Shown: positions 25,529 to 39,190, numbered from the stretch's first letter. The stretch is 64,000 bases of DNA from Glaucostegus cemiculus (GCA_976551045.1 CDPCPM010000247.1:3286001-3350000), one strand, 5' to 3'. Translations and numbers: made by a program. The notes: a model not told the origin generated them from the sequence alone.

Positions 25529-25955
25529 GAATGCAGCCACTACAATGTTGGCACATTCAGACCATCCAGGCATATTTGCAGGGAGCTGTTACTACTACAA
25601 TAGTAGTTAGTTCTTACCTAAATATGGAGTTAATCACAGGAGTGCTGTTACTGGGATTGCTTCATTTTGCAATTGTTGTTGTATTCTGGTGGTATGCTGA
25701 TCGCCACATGCACCTGCAGAACATCTCAGAAGGTTTGACACTGCAGTGCTCCAAAATCCTTCAACTGGTTTTAGGAGGACTGTAAACAAATCGTCACGTA
25801 AGAAGTATGACCTAAGACAGGACCTGGCCAAAGTAAAATGGGAGCAGCTGCTAGAGGGGAAAGTAACTTTCAGTAAATGGGAGGCTTGTAAAAGCAAGAT
25901 ATTAAGAGGTCAAAGTCAATATGTCCCTGTAAGTGTAAGAAGCAAAGATGGGTAA
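25529..25955 (+). repeat. 427-bp direct duplication, copy 2
   Basis: Near-identical to 21789-22214. Begins immediately after the CR1 3' tail. Confidence 0.97.
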
Positions 25956-27680
25956 ATTTAGAGAATCTTAGTTAACAAAGGATTTATAAGATTTGATCAG
26001 GGAAAATGCATGTTGGATATAGGAAATTGGCATCACAAGTTCTATTAAGTTTTATGGAGAAGTTTTTTCCCTCAAGTTTTAAAGAGGAAAAAAATACCCC
26101 TGGGCCCTGAAATGACCTTGGCAAGTAGCATTAAGGAGAATTCCAAAATCCTTCTAAGTACAATAGAAGCAAGAGGGTGGCTAAGGAAAGAGTAGGTCCC
26201 CTCAGGTATTCATTGTGCGGAGCCAGGGGACATTGAGCAAGGTTCCAAATGAATACTTTATCAAAATTCACCAAGGAAAAGGATGTGGAAGCATGAAAGT
26301 TCAATGAAGGTTATGCTGATATTGTGGAGCACGTCTGTGTCAAAGGAAGTGGTAGAAATATTGGTGCACATTAGTGTAGATAAATCCCCAGGGTCTAATG
26401 GGATCTATCCTAGAATGGATAAGGGAAATAAGCGATGAGATTTTTTTGGCCACAGGAGACCATCAGAAGACTGGAGGATAGCTAATATTGTCCCCTTATT
26501 CAAAAAGGGAAATAGGAACAAACCTAACAACTTACAGGCCAGTAGTGGCAGGGAAGTTGTTGAAGCAGATTCTGGATGGACAGGATTTATGTTCATGTGG
26601 AAAGACAGATTAATTAGGAGTCAGTGTGGTTTTGTGCACACGGGAGATCGTGTCTCACAAATCTGATTGATTTTCTTCATTACCTCCTCAAAATAAAACT
26701 CAAGGAAGGCAGCATGGTTAACATGTACTTCAGTAAGACATTAGGCAAGCCTTCACATGGTAGGCAGATCAAGAAAAGTTAAGGCACAAGCAAATTCAAG
26801 GCAACTTGGTAAACTGGATTCAGAATTGTCTTGTTGATAGGAGGTAGCGGATACTGTGGATGTTTTTTTTTTCCTTCTCTTTTGAAGTGTAAGTCTGTAA
26901 TGGGGTCAGCACTGAAACTTTTGTTGTTGGTCATATAAATGAATGACTTGATTGAGAACATAGGTGGTTTGATTAGTAAGTTTGCAGAAGAAAATTGATG
27001 GAGTCATAGATAGCAAAAAGGTTGTTTAAAGATATAGTGGGGCAGAGTGGTGGCAGATGAAAGTTAATCTAGGCAAGAGTGAGGTGATGCATTTGGGGAA
27101 GTCAAATTCTGGTAAGAAAGAGAGAGTAAGTGACAGGGACCTTGGGAGTGTTGATGTACAGGAGCCCAGCTGCAAGTTGAAAGCTTGCTGAAAGTGGCAC
27201 CACAGGTGGATAGGGCACTGAAGGCAGCATTCAGCATGTGGGCTTTCACAGGCCGAGTATTAGAAATGGGATGCCATGTTGCCATACAAAATGTCGTTTA
27301 GACCATATTTATAGTATCATGTACAGTTCTAGGTGCCACACTACAGAAAGGATGTGGTAGCAATAGAGAGAGTGCAGAAGAGGATGTGAACATATGGCTG
27401 TAGTAATAAGGAGACATTGGGTAGGTTGGGTTTCCTCTTACTGGAATGTAGGAAGTGACCTTTCAGGACATAGATAGGATAGTTTCTTTGCCAGGGCAAG
27501 GGAGAACTGGAGGGCATAGGTTTAAGGTGAGGGGGGAGAAACTTAAGGGAGATCTGAAGGTTGTTTATCCACACACATGATGAACATTTGGAATGAGCGG
27601 ACAGAGGAGGTGGTGGAGGCAGATATAATTACAATGGTTAAAAGCCACTTGGACAGGCAAGGAGTAGAGGAATATGAGTG
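25816..27680 (+). mobile_element. Older degenerate CR1 ORF2 (host of the 22215-25528 insertion; its first ~140 bp are also at 22076-22214)
   Basis: DLAKVKWEQLLEGK start, DKSPG and EDWRIANIVPLFKKG remnants, C-terminal RGHRFKV-like region. Confidence 0.85.
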
Positions 27681-28158
27681 GGTCTGTGGGATGGTTGGTT
27701 TAGTCCCTTTAGCATTTTAGCTCACAGCAGTTTAAGAGCCCCGAACATCAACTGTTGAAGTTATCGAAGATTTCCTTTGGACATTCCAGTGCCAATATGT
27801 TGATGGCTTTTGCTATCTAGTTATGAGAGTGCAAGAAATGTAACATAGCATTATTTTTAAGGGAACTAGTCTAGATCATTATTTCATATCTTCATGAATT
27901 GCTGGACCCATTACATTTACAATACAGAGGAGACTTCTTGGACTAGCACCAGGGAGGAGGTATTTTCAGTAGGCTGTGAAACCACCGCTTTCATCGCCTT
28001 CCTAAAGTCATATTGATTAGTGGGAATTTGAAAAAACTGTCAAGTCTCAGTTGGAGGGAGGGAGAGATGGGAGGTGAAAAGACAGGATAATTACAAGACA
28101 TATTGACATTGATAGTTATCAAATCAAACTGTTACAAAACTAGACCAAAAATTATTTT

Positions 28159-28164
28159 TTTATT
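28159..28164 (-). terminator. Candidate distal polyadenylation signal (AATAAA) of ADIPOR2
   Basis: AATAAA on the minus strand followed by T/GT-rich sequence, at the end of a ~2.7-kb AT-rich stretch with no recognisable repeats downstream of the stop. Confidence 0.4.
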
Positions 28165-30212
28165 GGTTGAAATCTTACATCAAGTAAAAATCCAATTATG
28201 CACCCTTAGCCAATATATACTTAATCCAGAGACACTCAAATTAAAGCAGTGGGAAATAAACAAGGCCTCCTTTCATCTGGAAATGAAGTATTATCGACTA
28301 TAAAACACTCCTCAAAACAAGCAAAACACAGATCTTAATAAGGCATCGGGCAAACTCTTGAGAAATCTTGACCAAGCTATGCACATATGCTGTATACATA
28401 ATACAAGTAAACAAAGTACAGCAGATTTTTGTCTTTAAATGGTTTCTCATTTTGAGGGTAATCAATTCACTTCCATTGAATATGTCAGCTGAACAAAAAA
28501 AGAAATTGGAATCCTACAAAACTCCAACCATTCTGATCTGCTTCAGTAAGTGGTATGGCAACATTTCAGCACACAGATTCTGGTCATTCCAAATCAACTT
28601 CCTCAGATAATTCAAGAGGGAAAATTATTGTTGTTTTCAATGCACATTCCAGGAAATCTTGAAGATTCTAAATATCAAGATATCACATCATTCAGTTGAA
28701 ATCTCTTGCATCACATGAAGCACTTCAAACCATATCAGATCTACTCTTATCAAGAACCAGATCCATAGATTTGTCTTTCTGTTTTAAGTTGCTTTTTGTA
28801 TTCTAATTTTACCAGCTCCTACTCTAACTACAAGATGGGGTGGAATGCTGCTCTTACTTTTAACTGGTTGCAATTAAATGTTAATACTGGTGTTAAATTT
28901 TAAGTGATCCATATAAACCCCTCACAAGAGCACAATAACATTTTTAACTTTGAGCCTAAATGTGGTTAGGACTACTTCAGGATTGAGATAACTTTGTTTT
29001 AACTACTCAGTTAAAACTACTTCCTTTCTCTGTTGCTCATATCTTTCTTCACCTTTACCCATAATGCATCCCTACAGTTAGTTTGGCAAGTTTCTTCATA
29101 TCTCCAGTCTATTTTACTTCATAGTCAGCAGACAAAAACTTTTGAATGAGAAGATATTCACCTTCCTCTTACATCCTCCAGTCACCACTCCACTCTATTT
29201 TGAGCCAATTTAAAAACAACAGAAACTTAAATTCTGCAAGTATGTGCAAGAGTGGTAGAAAGGAAGATATTATACATGGTAAACCAGTGTCCTAGTGAGC
29301 ACTAATCACATGCAGTTCTGGTAACTCCACTGTCCTTCATCAGACAAGTGTAAACATTTTCAAAACCATTTCCATACAAAACTTCCAGCCATAAACAAAA
29401 AAAATGTAATCAGCATTATTACAGCTGGCTAAATAACAGGCGTTGTAATATCCAAAGTTGAATGAGGAGCGCAGAGTGAATTAACTAAATGTTTTAAAGT
29501 GGACAGAATCAAATTATTCAGATTTGTTCAGACTTGTACCTTACTAGAAATCTGAATGCAAAGTTTCCTGACTATTGTCTCAAGGTGCTCAGAAATGAGG
29601 AGAAAAAGCTATTTTGAACCATAAGCCTTCAACAATAAAGGAAACCTATTTCTTTATCTTAGTTTGCTGAAACATCCACACAGTGACAAAGTAAACTGAA
29701 AATGTTTTAAAGCTGATGAGCCAATTCTAACTGAACCTGAAAGCAAATTGCAACAGATCAGTTATATCACATTACATCAACCATTTACATACTAACCAAC
29801 AAATGTAGTGGCAAGACCCACTTCCCCATCCCATGCACAGAACATCACAACAGTAAAAATAAAATTATTCATATATATGCATGAATATGTATATAAAACA
29901 TGTATGTATATATATATAAATATGCATGTGATTCCTTACAAGTTGAAGTAGGTGCACAATCAATAGAAATCGGCACACACCTGCTTCTCTTTGATCTCAC
30001 CGATCAATGCTATCTATTAACATAGCATACGGCAGAATAGAAAATTAAAATGATCAGGCCTCACAGCACACTTAGTGGGCAAGCCATCACAAAGGTGGCT
30101 TTTTGCATTGCTTCTTATACTGGCATCTTTCCACTACCTGATGTCTACCAATATTTGTGCAATGTAGTTAACAGTGTGTGGTACTCTTGCGAATGTTTAC
30201 TGTACAAAAGTT

Positions 30213-30218
30213 TTTATT
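30213..30218 (-). terminator. Candidate proximal polyadenylation signal (AATAAA) of ADIPOR2
   Basis: AATAAA on the minus strand about 630 nt after the stop codon. Confidence 0.35.
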
Positions 30219-30842
30219 ATATAAATTTTCTAATTAACTGAAAGTTAGAAATCTTATTTACAAGAACTTTCTTTTGTTATAAGCAGCCAGACTCTGCTCG
30301 GAAGTATTAACTTCAAATTTTCTTCCTCTTTTTATATCTTTTCATAGAAATAAATATGGTATTCAGTTAAAGCAGAACTTTGCTTCAGATTCAGCAATTA
30401 TGTAAATTACATACTAACTTATAATTTATAATTTACATTTTTTTAAATTGGGATTTGATGACTAGTTGACAATTGCATTGGTCACACCTTGTGGTGACTC
30501 CATGATGTCGTGGCATTTTGCTTCTTTACAAAAACAGCTTCTTTGAAAACCCACAGTCACCACTGAAAACATCGTCCTGATGCAGCTGGAGTCCTGTATT
30601 CCCAACGTTATTTGGCCTTCCCATCTGTTTGTGTTCATCTGGTTACCATTAGTTTCCAGCCACAGTTGGAAGATATATCATCCAAACAGGTAAGAAAATT
30701 GATCACTAGTCGTGAAACACACAATATTGGACTGATTCACCCAAATTAAACTGCGGTAAGAATTTTGATCTTTCAGTTATTTCATCATAAATTCCAGTAA
30801 CATTGATCAAAGTTCCGCTGTGCACCTAATTGGAGATTAGTT

Positions 30843-30971
30843 TCATAGCAAGTCATTATCAGTGCATCCACCACCAACACCATGACGAAACTCCTGAAGG
30901 TTTGAGACTCCATGGAAGTGAACAAATGCACCAGCCACCACCAGAACATGGAACAGCTGATGAGAGTGAAA
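30843..30971 (-). CDS. ADIPOR2: Adiponectin receptor 2, last coding exon (129 nt including stop)
   Basis: tttttacag acceptor, then FHSHQLFHVLVVAGAFVHFHGVSNLQEFRHGVGGGCTDNDLL*. Contains the HxxxH zinc motif. Confidence 0.97.
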   Translation of the reverse strand, partial: FHSHQLFHVLVVAGAFVHFHGVSNLQEFRHGVGGGCTDNDLL

Positions 30972-31283
30972 CTGTAAAAACAAAAGCAAGATCAAAAGGT
31001 CAACATCCAACAATGGAAACCAAAAACCAATGCTTCCATTTCATCAACCTGCACAACAATTTTTAACAGAGCTTTTTTTCACAGAAACACAATTTCTGGA
31101 GTGCATCCAGCATATCTAAACAGCACTGTTCAGTTTAAAAATTGTCTTCTGGATGTGTACAATTCTCTTTCTGTACAACAGTGACCCTTTAATATTTAAG
31201 TAGCAAATTTTCCAGTCTTCTAAGCATTTATAAAGCTTGAAAAAAATTAAAGTTTGAAATAGAAAAGGCTACTGATTACTTAC

Positions 31284-31477
31284 CCAAATGTCACACTTTC
31301 CAGGGAAGAAACGCTCAGGGATACGGGCAGCATATAAGGCAGCTCCTGTGATATACAATGCTGCCATCAAGAACAACCAGCCAATCTGTCCAATAGTAGC
31401 AGCCCTGAAAAATCCTTCTGATATCATAAAGTGCAAGGTAGGTACAACTCCACTCAGCCCCAATCCCACAAAAACTC
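31284..31477 (-). CDS. ADIPOR2: Adiponectin receptor 2, coding exon (194 nt)
   Basis: AG/GT boundaries. GVFVGLGLSGVVPTLHF...AARIPERFFPGKCDIW. Confidence 0.98.
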
Positions 31478-31989
31478 CTAGAAATAAATAGATGGGAGAC
31501 AATGAGTCACACCAAAAATGCAAAATTATCAAGCAGGAACAGTTTTCTTGAAACCCCACCATCAACATTTCTGTATTTAAGGAATGACCTCAAATACCAG
31601 ATGCCTGGCATCTATCCCAGAAGTATTATTCAATTTAAAGTAGTATCCTTTGTATTAAAACAAGTGGTACAGAATTATTACATATAACTCAGACTCTTCT
31701 GCAGATTGTTCCAAGTGTCAATCCTTATTTACACTTACAGGTCTGTCTTTCTGTCTCTATCTCAATATCCTAAATAGAGATACATGATCTCAGAATTAAT
31801 GTCTTACTTCCAATTTAGAACAAGTTTTTTCATTTAAAGAACTTATTCACAACCACGTTGAATACAAGTTATGATCTTATGAGATTTTCATAATATAGAA
31901 ACAAAACTGATTCCAGGGGTGTGCCAATTAACATAAACTTACCAATTAAGGTAATGATTTTTAAAATGTGGTAGTTGATTCAATTTGGA

Positions 31990-33270
31990 CACAAGTTTGC
32001 TGCTCTGAAAATATTCTCACTGACAACCTCATGGAATTGAAATGAAATTACTGACCTAGTTAGGAGATTGGTAGAGTACAGGGACATATGAAATGCAAGA
32101 AAGTGAACAGTTGTGCCCTACAAAAGATCTGCTGGAGCCTCAGCTATTCATTATACTCATGATTTCAATAATGTCAGCAAAGAGTCATATATCAAAGTGT
32201 GACAATGACACAAATAAGAACACAAAAACAGGAGTAGGCAATAAGGCCTTCAAGATTATGGTCTCAATTACTCTTTCCTGCCTGATTCTCAAACAACCAA
32301 CTCCCATCGGGTCCAAAAATCTAAGTCACCCTTCAACATATTTAACAATTTGGCTTATGCCTTTCTCTGGGCTAGACAATTGCAAAGCTTCACAACTCTC
32401 TAAGAAGGGGAGAAAACAACTAAGTTTAAAATGGGAATCCCTTCCCCCCCCCCCCCCCCCCCGAGGCTTTTCCCTAATAGTTTCATATTCCTCCATCTAG
32501 GAGAAAATCCTCAACATCATCTCCATTTTGCACACATCAGCAAGATCAACTCTCATTCTACTAAACTCCAGAGAGCATAGGTTCAATTCACTCAATCTTA
32601 CCTCCGGACTTTTCCAATGGATGGATAATGTATAGAAATTAAATATAAAAATCTTACTTCTAGCCTGTAGGGAATGTTAGTGTACAATTACCCTAACAAC
32701 TGTGCACTGTAATTACTTGGCACTTTAGAAGTTCACATCAAGTTTACAAATCAAATCAATTTACAGAGAACCACAGCGAACCAATTAAATAGCATTACTA
32801 AATTAAGGCTTGTGATAATAAAGAAACTTCATTTACATCAATGCTTTGTTTTATGGTATTGCCAGGTGTCAGTAATAGTAATAAAACCAGAATACTGGTG
32901 TGCAGCATTAATGAACAAGATGCAGTCAAATGTTTAGGTCACCTGCATTCCAGAAATATTACATACTTAGTAAAAGAATACTACACAGGATAAAGCAAGA
33001 TTTAGAGGTAGTTCAAATGTAATTGGTAGACGAATTGGAGATTTTTAAGAGTTTCATCCAAAGGATCACAGATGTCTAGAACTTGCTGCCTGATAAAGAG
33101 TGGTAGCTGCAGAAACTCTCTTAAATATTTAAAAATACTTGGATGCGTACTTGAGCTGTGACCTGCAGGGCAATGAACCTAGCTCTGGATGGTGATATCG
33201 AGAGTAACTCTTTCTCAACTATCACAGAAATGGGCTAAATGACCTCCCTATGTCATAGATTTTCCATGAT
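31990..33270. mobile_element. Cluster of old CR1 fragments in both orientations
   Basis: RT remnant near 32000-32210, minus-strand 3' tail 32215-32600, plus-strand 3' end 32950-33270. Confidence 0.6.
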
Positions 33271-33698
33271 TCAAAAACTGTAAAGGATTTTGTAACATTA
33301 ATTGAATAGCAAATATCTGCAGGTGCTAGAAATACTTTAGGTCAACGATTCTTCATCTGAACTGATTAAGTATCATTTTCTCTCCACAGGTGATGCCCGA
33401 CTTGCTGAATATCTCCAGCATTCTCCATTTTCACTTTGTTACATTAGACTAGTTTATTCAAGCTTCCACTATACATTAACGAGCACTGTTCTAAATGCAA
33501 TTAAAAAAATAGTTATACATTATCTTGCATATCTTGCACCATGGCATGGTAAAGAAACTAATCACACCCACGAAAACCTGGGCACACTTTCTTGAAGATT
33601 CCAGTAAATAACAGAAGATGTAAAGCTATGTACTCTCAAGCATACATCAACAAGAAATATTACACAAAAAGAATGGATGTAAGCGCCAATTAACTTAC

Positions 33699-33886
33699 CA
33701 GCTCGTACACCTCTGTACTGTGGTGTTGCAAAATAGTCCCACTGGGAAACTATAATTGCTGTGATACCAAGTACACAGACAACAAGCAAGTAAATGAAAC
33801 ATGGCTGGGGGTTACAGTAGAAGGAGTAATACAACCATGGCACAAAGCTACCCATTATTAGAAGTGCTATGCCAGAATAGTCCAAC
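33699..33886 (-). CDS. ADIPOR2: Adiponectin receptor 2, coding exon (188 nt)
   Basis: AG/GT boundaries. LDYSGIALLIMGSFVPWLYYSFYCNPQPCFIYL...FATPQYRGVRA. Confidence 0.98.
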
Positions 33887-35925
33887 CTGAGGAAACAGAA
33901 AGGATATCATTTAGGTTCACTGCAGCAATCCAGAACTCTCATTACAGTATTTATAATATTGTAAATCCAATACATGGAAAGGAAAACAAAATTTATTCAT
34001 ATAATTAAAAAAGAAAATCTTTAGATTCAACCATTACATTTTGTAGTAAATACTTATTCAGATCTGGTTTCTAAGGCTAATTCAATTTATTGAAGCAATT
34101 TTAACAATTTTTGAGCTGGATACTTCAGCTTAGCTCACAAAAAGAGCAAAATGATTACAAGATGCTGATGTCATGCCCATTTTTCTCAACTCGGTCTTTC
34201 TCTTCAACATACAAATGTACACAAAAAAATTATTAGTTCTCCAGATTAAATTATCACTGAACATAATCAGTTAACAGGAATATTGATCTGCTAGACAAAA
34301 CCTTGAATTATTTTGCTCAGTTTTGTTTATTTTTTTCCAGTAGCAAAGTCTAGCCTGCTGGGCATGTCCCACAACATTTTTATTAAAAACACATTACACA
34401 GTCAAAGTAGCATAATGTGCTTCTAACTGCTACATCTTATTCATTTGGTGTCAGCCATTATTAACCTTTTCATACTATTCTCCACCCCCCCCCCACCCCC
34501 ACCCCAACAAACATCATCAGTTACTGAAAATAAACTTGCTTTCTTCCCCAACCGCTCCCAGTTCTAACAATGGGTCTAGGATCCAAAATGTTAACTGATT
34601 CTCCTCCAGAGACGCTGCCTGACCTGCAGGGTGTTTGTAGCATTTTCTGTTTTTATTTCAGATTTCTAACATCTACAGTTTTTTAAATTTTCATTCACAA
34701 ACTAAAGAATTTGTTTCACAGTGAATAATGGAAAGGAATTGTGTAAAAGGAATTGTATATACCTGGTTGAACCTGATATTTAATAAAAACTTGAAAAAGC
34801 CATATTTCATATGAAAAATTATGCACCAGCTGGGCAAAACCAAGATACTAGTGGCATGCATCTACCTTAAATCCTGGACAAAGGGAATAAAAATTCTTAA
34901 AAATAATAATCATTTGACTTTTCTTTAGTTCACAATTCATAGCAATACAATAGCACTGAACATTCTCAGGGAGAGGCTTTTGCCAATCAAGATTAGCTTT
35001 GAGGAACTAATCCAGACCTAATCCTTTCTTCTGCTCTTCCATACGATCTCCAATGTTTGAGATATCTATCCTCCAAACTATATAAAGCACAATGATCTGG
35101 GCCTCAAATACTCAAAGGGCTCCAGTTATGTATTAATAAATAAAAACAATAAATCATAATTTAACTAGCTGACGATCTGACCATAGACTTTTGCGAAAAG
35201 TTTATGTACTTTGCATTTAAATGTAGCTGTTTAAGTTTCTACTGCCCTTTTCTAATACGGACTAATAGACAGTTCAGATGTTTTTGAATACAGGCTAACA
35301 CAAAGGGCTATCAAACCATCTCAATATAAAAGCACTGTTAAAAACCAAAATATGCCATAGGGTTGGAAAAGACAGCTTGCCCAAGCTTTATTCCACATTT
35401 TTGCCTACACTTTGTTGTAATTATTTGGGACCAAAATTCTGCAGTTATGACTAAATCAACTACCTTGTAGCTCCTGGCACCTACAAAAATTAAGGCTGGG
35501 AGATTAGCTAAAACCATTTAAATGTTTGTCAAGACCATCCAAAAACTATTGACTTTACAGCTAAAACGGATTCTGATGGCTCAATAAACTAGCACTTGAT
35601 GAATGAAGATAGCCCACCATTATCAATCAAGAAGAAAAACAAAATCACACAATGGATCTCTGGGATACAGCTACCTCCAATTAAAAATACAAATCAAGGT
35701 AGAAAGATGTATAAAATATATTAAAAAATTAATGGCACAAACCATTCAACTTATTTTTACCACCTATTGTTCTAATGCCCAAGGGATAATATAAGCAGGT
35801 TAAGCTGCAAATAAATATGAAGACCCCATCTGGTAAAACTTACCAGAATCAGCAGCAGCAAGGAACTGGAACAAGTTTTATTTTTGGGCAAGGTCTTTAG
35901 ATCAACACTATTCTAAATACCTCCC

Positions 35926-36225
35926 AATGCTCAAGACAAGAGGGCATGGCTCTAAGGTTATGGGTGAGAAGTTCAGGGGAGATGTCAGAGGAAGGTTTTT
36001 TACCCAGAGAGTGGTTGGTGCATGGAATATGCTACCTGGGGTGGTGGTGAAGGCTGATATGTTGGACAGGTTCAAGAGATTGTTGGATAGGCATATGGAA
36101 GAATGTGAGATAGAGGGATATATGGGAGGAAGGGGCTAGATAGTGTTAGGTGTGGTTTGATGGATGGCACAATATGGTGGGCCGAAGGGCCTGTGTTGTG
36201 CTGTATTGTTCAATGTTCTATATTC
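35926..36225 (+). mobile_element. Short 5'-truncated CR1 (same subfamily as 43108-45072)
   Basis: TRGHGSKV...FFTQRVVGAWNMLP, with tail ctgtattgttcaatgttctatattcta. Confidence 0.92.
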
Positions 36226-36699
36226 TACATCTCAGTCATACAGCTAAAATAGTGAAAAATGTAACTAAAATTTCTTGAGCTTGTACACCCAATTATTGGA
36301 TTTTTACAAGCAGCATTTTCATACCAGGCAACACAAGTTCTTCAAAGCTAATATTGTAGTACTTCACTGAAAGAACACAAACACAATTCCTCAGCGTTAT
36401 TGATGACAAGGTATTATTCAGGAATGTCACATTTCTACTGCCAAACCTGATCAAATGCAGACTGTGGTGATCAGTATCCAGGTGATGACTGTTTAAGGGA
36501 AAACTCAGATCATTGTGGAAGTTGTGATTTTTGAAACAGATGTTGAGATCACAAGGTTAATTTAGGTAGACAAAAATGGTCAACAGGTTCATAATATATA
36601 GATTAAACCACATTCTAAATAGTAAATTAAAATCAATAACAGGTTATCAGCAGGTTACCAGTTTACCTTAAAGTTCTTATTTTACAAATGGTTACTTAC

Positions 36700-36886
36700 T
36701 TGGAAAATACACGTGAAACATTTTCTGAATGGCAGTAGAATGTGTGAAACAACCAGGAGAAACACAGGCAGAGAATGGCCCCAAGGAAAAATGCCCCAAA
36801 TACAACTTTCTCTTGCACCGGGGCCACAAATGATATGTTCGGCCTGAACATGTAGAAAATTCCAAGACCCAAGAAGAAAAGACAAC
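36700..36886 (-). CDS. ADIPOR2: Adiponectin receptor 2, coding exon (187 nt)
   Basis: AG/GT boundaries. GCLFFLGLGIFYMFRPNISFVAPVQEKVVFG...FHTFYCHSENVSRVFSK. YMFRPNISF is diagnostic of R2 rather than R1. Confidence 0.98.
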
Positions 36887-36964
36887 CTAAAAAAAAATGA
36901 ATATATACAACAAACTTAAGTAAAGGTTGACACCCAGAAATAAACAAGGAATATAGCCTTTTTT

Positions 36965-39190
36965 TCTATTCAATGCAAATATTATTACAGGTAAAGTGGA
37001 CAAACTTTAGGCCTGGATTAGTACATGGAACTACGATGTTATAACCATTACAGTGACTTGGTTGAGGGAAGGGTAGGACTGGCAGCTCAACATTCCAGGG
37101 TTCAGATGTTTCAGAAGTGGTGGAGGTGGAGGTGGAGGAGTTGCACTATTGATCAGAGAGAATGTCACAACAGCACTTAGAGAAGACATCTTGGAGGGCT
37201 CATCCAGTGAAGCAATACGAATAAAGATTAGGAATAAGAAAGGGGCAATAACTATGATAAAGGCCTCCCAATAGCCAGCGGGAGATAGAAGAACAGATTT
37301 GTGGGCAGCTTATGTGAAGATGTAATGACAAAAAAGTAGCTGTAGTGGGCGACTTTAATTTCCCCAATACTGACCTGGGCTCCCTTAGTACCAGAGGTTT
37401 AGATGGGGCAGAATTTGTTAGGTACATCCAGGAGGGTTTATTGACGCCGCATGTAGCTAATTCAACCAGGGAGGGGGCCATACTAGACCTTGTATTATGA
37501 AATGAGCCTGGCTATGTGATCAGAGTTTCAGTGGGAGAGCACTTTGAGAACAGTGATCATAACTCCGTAAGTTTTCAGATATTTATGGATGAAGATGAGA
37601 CCAAGGTGGAGGACATGGAGGATTGCGAGATGAGGGGAGAATATGCTAATATTCTAGGGCTCGTTGATCTCAAGGAAGGAGTGGTGTTGGGGGCCTTGAA
37701 GAACATCAAGATGAACATCAAATTCCCCAGAGCCTAATGGGTTCCATCCCAAGTAATTGAGAGAGGCAAGACAGGAAATTGCTGAGGCCCTGAGAGAGAT
37801 CTTTGTATCCTCAGTAGCCACAGGGGAGGCCTAGTGGACTAGAGAATAGCTAACGTTGTTCCTTTGTTTAAGGGCAATACAGACAAACCTGGAAGTTGTA
37901 GGCTGATGAGCCTTACATCAGTGGCAGGGAAATTACTGAACATTCTTAGGGATAGGATCTACTCACATCTGGAAAAGCAGAGAGATTAGGGAAACTCAGC
38001 ATAGGTTTGTGCAGGCAGGTCACACCTTACAAACTTGATTGAGTTTTTTTTTTGAGGAGGTGATGAAGATGATAGATGAAGGTAGGGCAGTTGATGTTGT
38101 ATACATGAACTTTAGTAAAGCTTTCAACAAGGTCTGTCATGGTAGGATGATCTGGGAGATTAAGGCATATGGAAATCATGGAGACTTATCTGATTGGATT
38201 CAAAAATGGTTTGGCTGTAGAAGATGGAGGGTAGTGGCGGAGAGGCATTATTCAGACTGGAGATCTGTGACCAGTGGTGTTCCGCAAGGATCAGTGCTGG
38301 GACCTCTTGTTTATGGTATATATTTAGACAAACAGTGTATATGGGCTGATTAGCAAGTCTGCAGACACACAAAAATTTGGCAGAGTTGCGGATAGTGAGG
38401 AAGATTGTCAAAGGATTCAGCAGTATATAGATCAGTTGGAAATGCAGGCAGGAAAGTAACAGATGGGATTAATTTTCCAACAAGTACAAGGTGATGCATT
38501 TTGGGAACATATGGGTGGAAGAAATACAGTATATGGTAGGGCACTAAGGAATGCTGATGAACAGAGGGACATGGTGTTCATGTCCCTGGTTCCCTAAATG
38601 TGGCCACACAGGTTGATAGGGTGGTGAAGGCGGCGCATGGCATGCTTGCCTTCATAGGTTGAAGCATAGAATATAAAAGTTGGGATGTTATGTTGTAAAT
38701 TTGCAAAACACTGGTTAAATGTCACTTGGAGTATTGTGTGCAGTTCTGATTGCCACACTATGGGAAGGATGCGGTTGTGCTGGAAAGAGTGCAGAGGAGA
38801 TTCACCAGGATGCTGCCTGGATTGGAGGACTTTAGTTATGGGATGGGCTTGATTTCCCTGGAGGGAAGGAAGCCAAGGGGTGACCTGATATACAAGGTTA
38901 TGAGAGGCATAGGTAGAGTAGATAGTCAGGATTGTTTTACCATCGCAGTGGTATGAAAAACAAGTGTGCTTAGGCTTAAGGTGAGAAAGAGTTTTTAAGG
39001 GAATTTGAAGGGAAAGTTTTTTTTTGCAGAGAGTGGTTGACATCTGAAACTCGCTGTCAGAAGTGATGGTGGAATGAGATACAATCACTATATTTAGACA
39101 GGCACTTAAAAGGCCAGACAGAGAAGGATATAGACCTAATGCAGGCAAATGGAATCAGTGTAGATGGGCAAAAAGGCCACCAAAGACACG
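36965..39190 (+). mobile_element. Degenerate CR1 ORF2 with a large internal deletion near 37600
   Basis: APE motifs (GDFNFPN, SDHNSV), RT motifs (FSKAFNKV, SGVPQGSVLGP) and C-terminus. Confidence 0.92.

Noticed and set aside
21789-25955. LTR retrotransposon with 426-bp LTRs
   Set aside because: The interior is a CR1 LINE with its own tail, and the repeat includes part of an older CR1 that continues beyond copy 2. No TG...CA ends, PBS or PPT.
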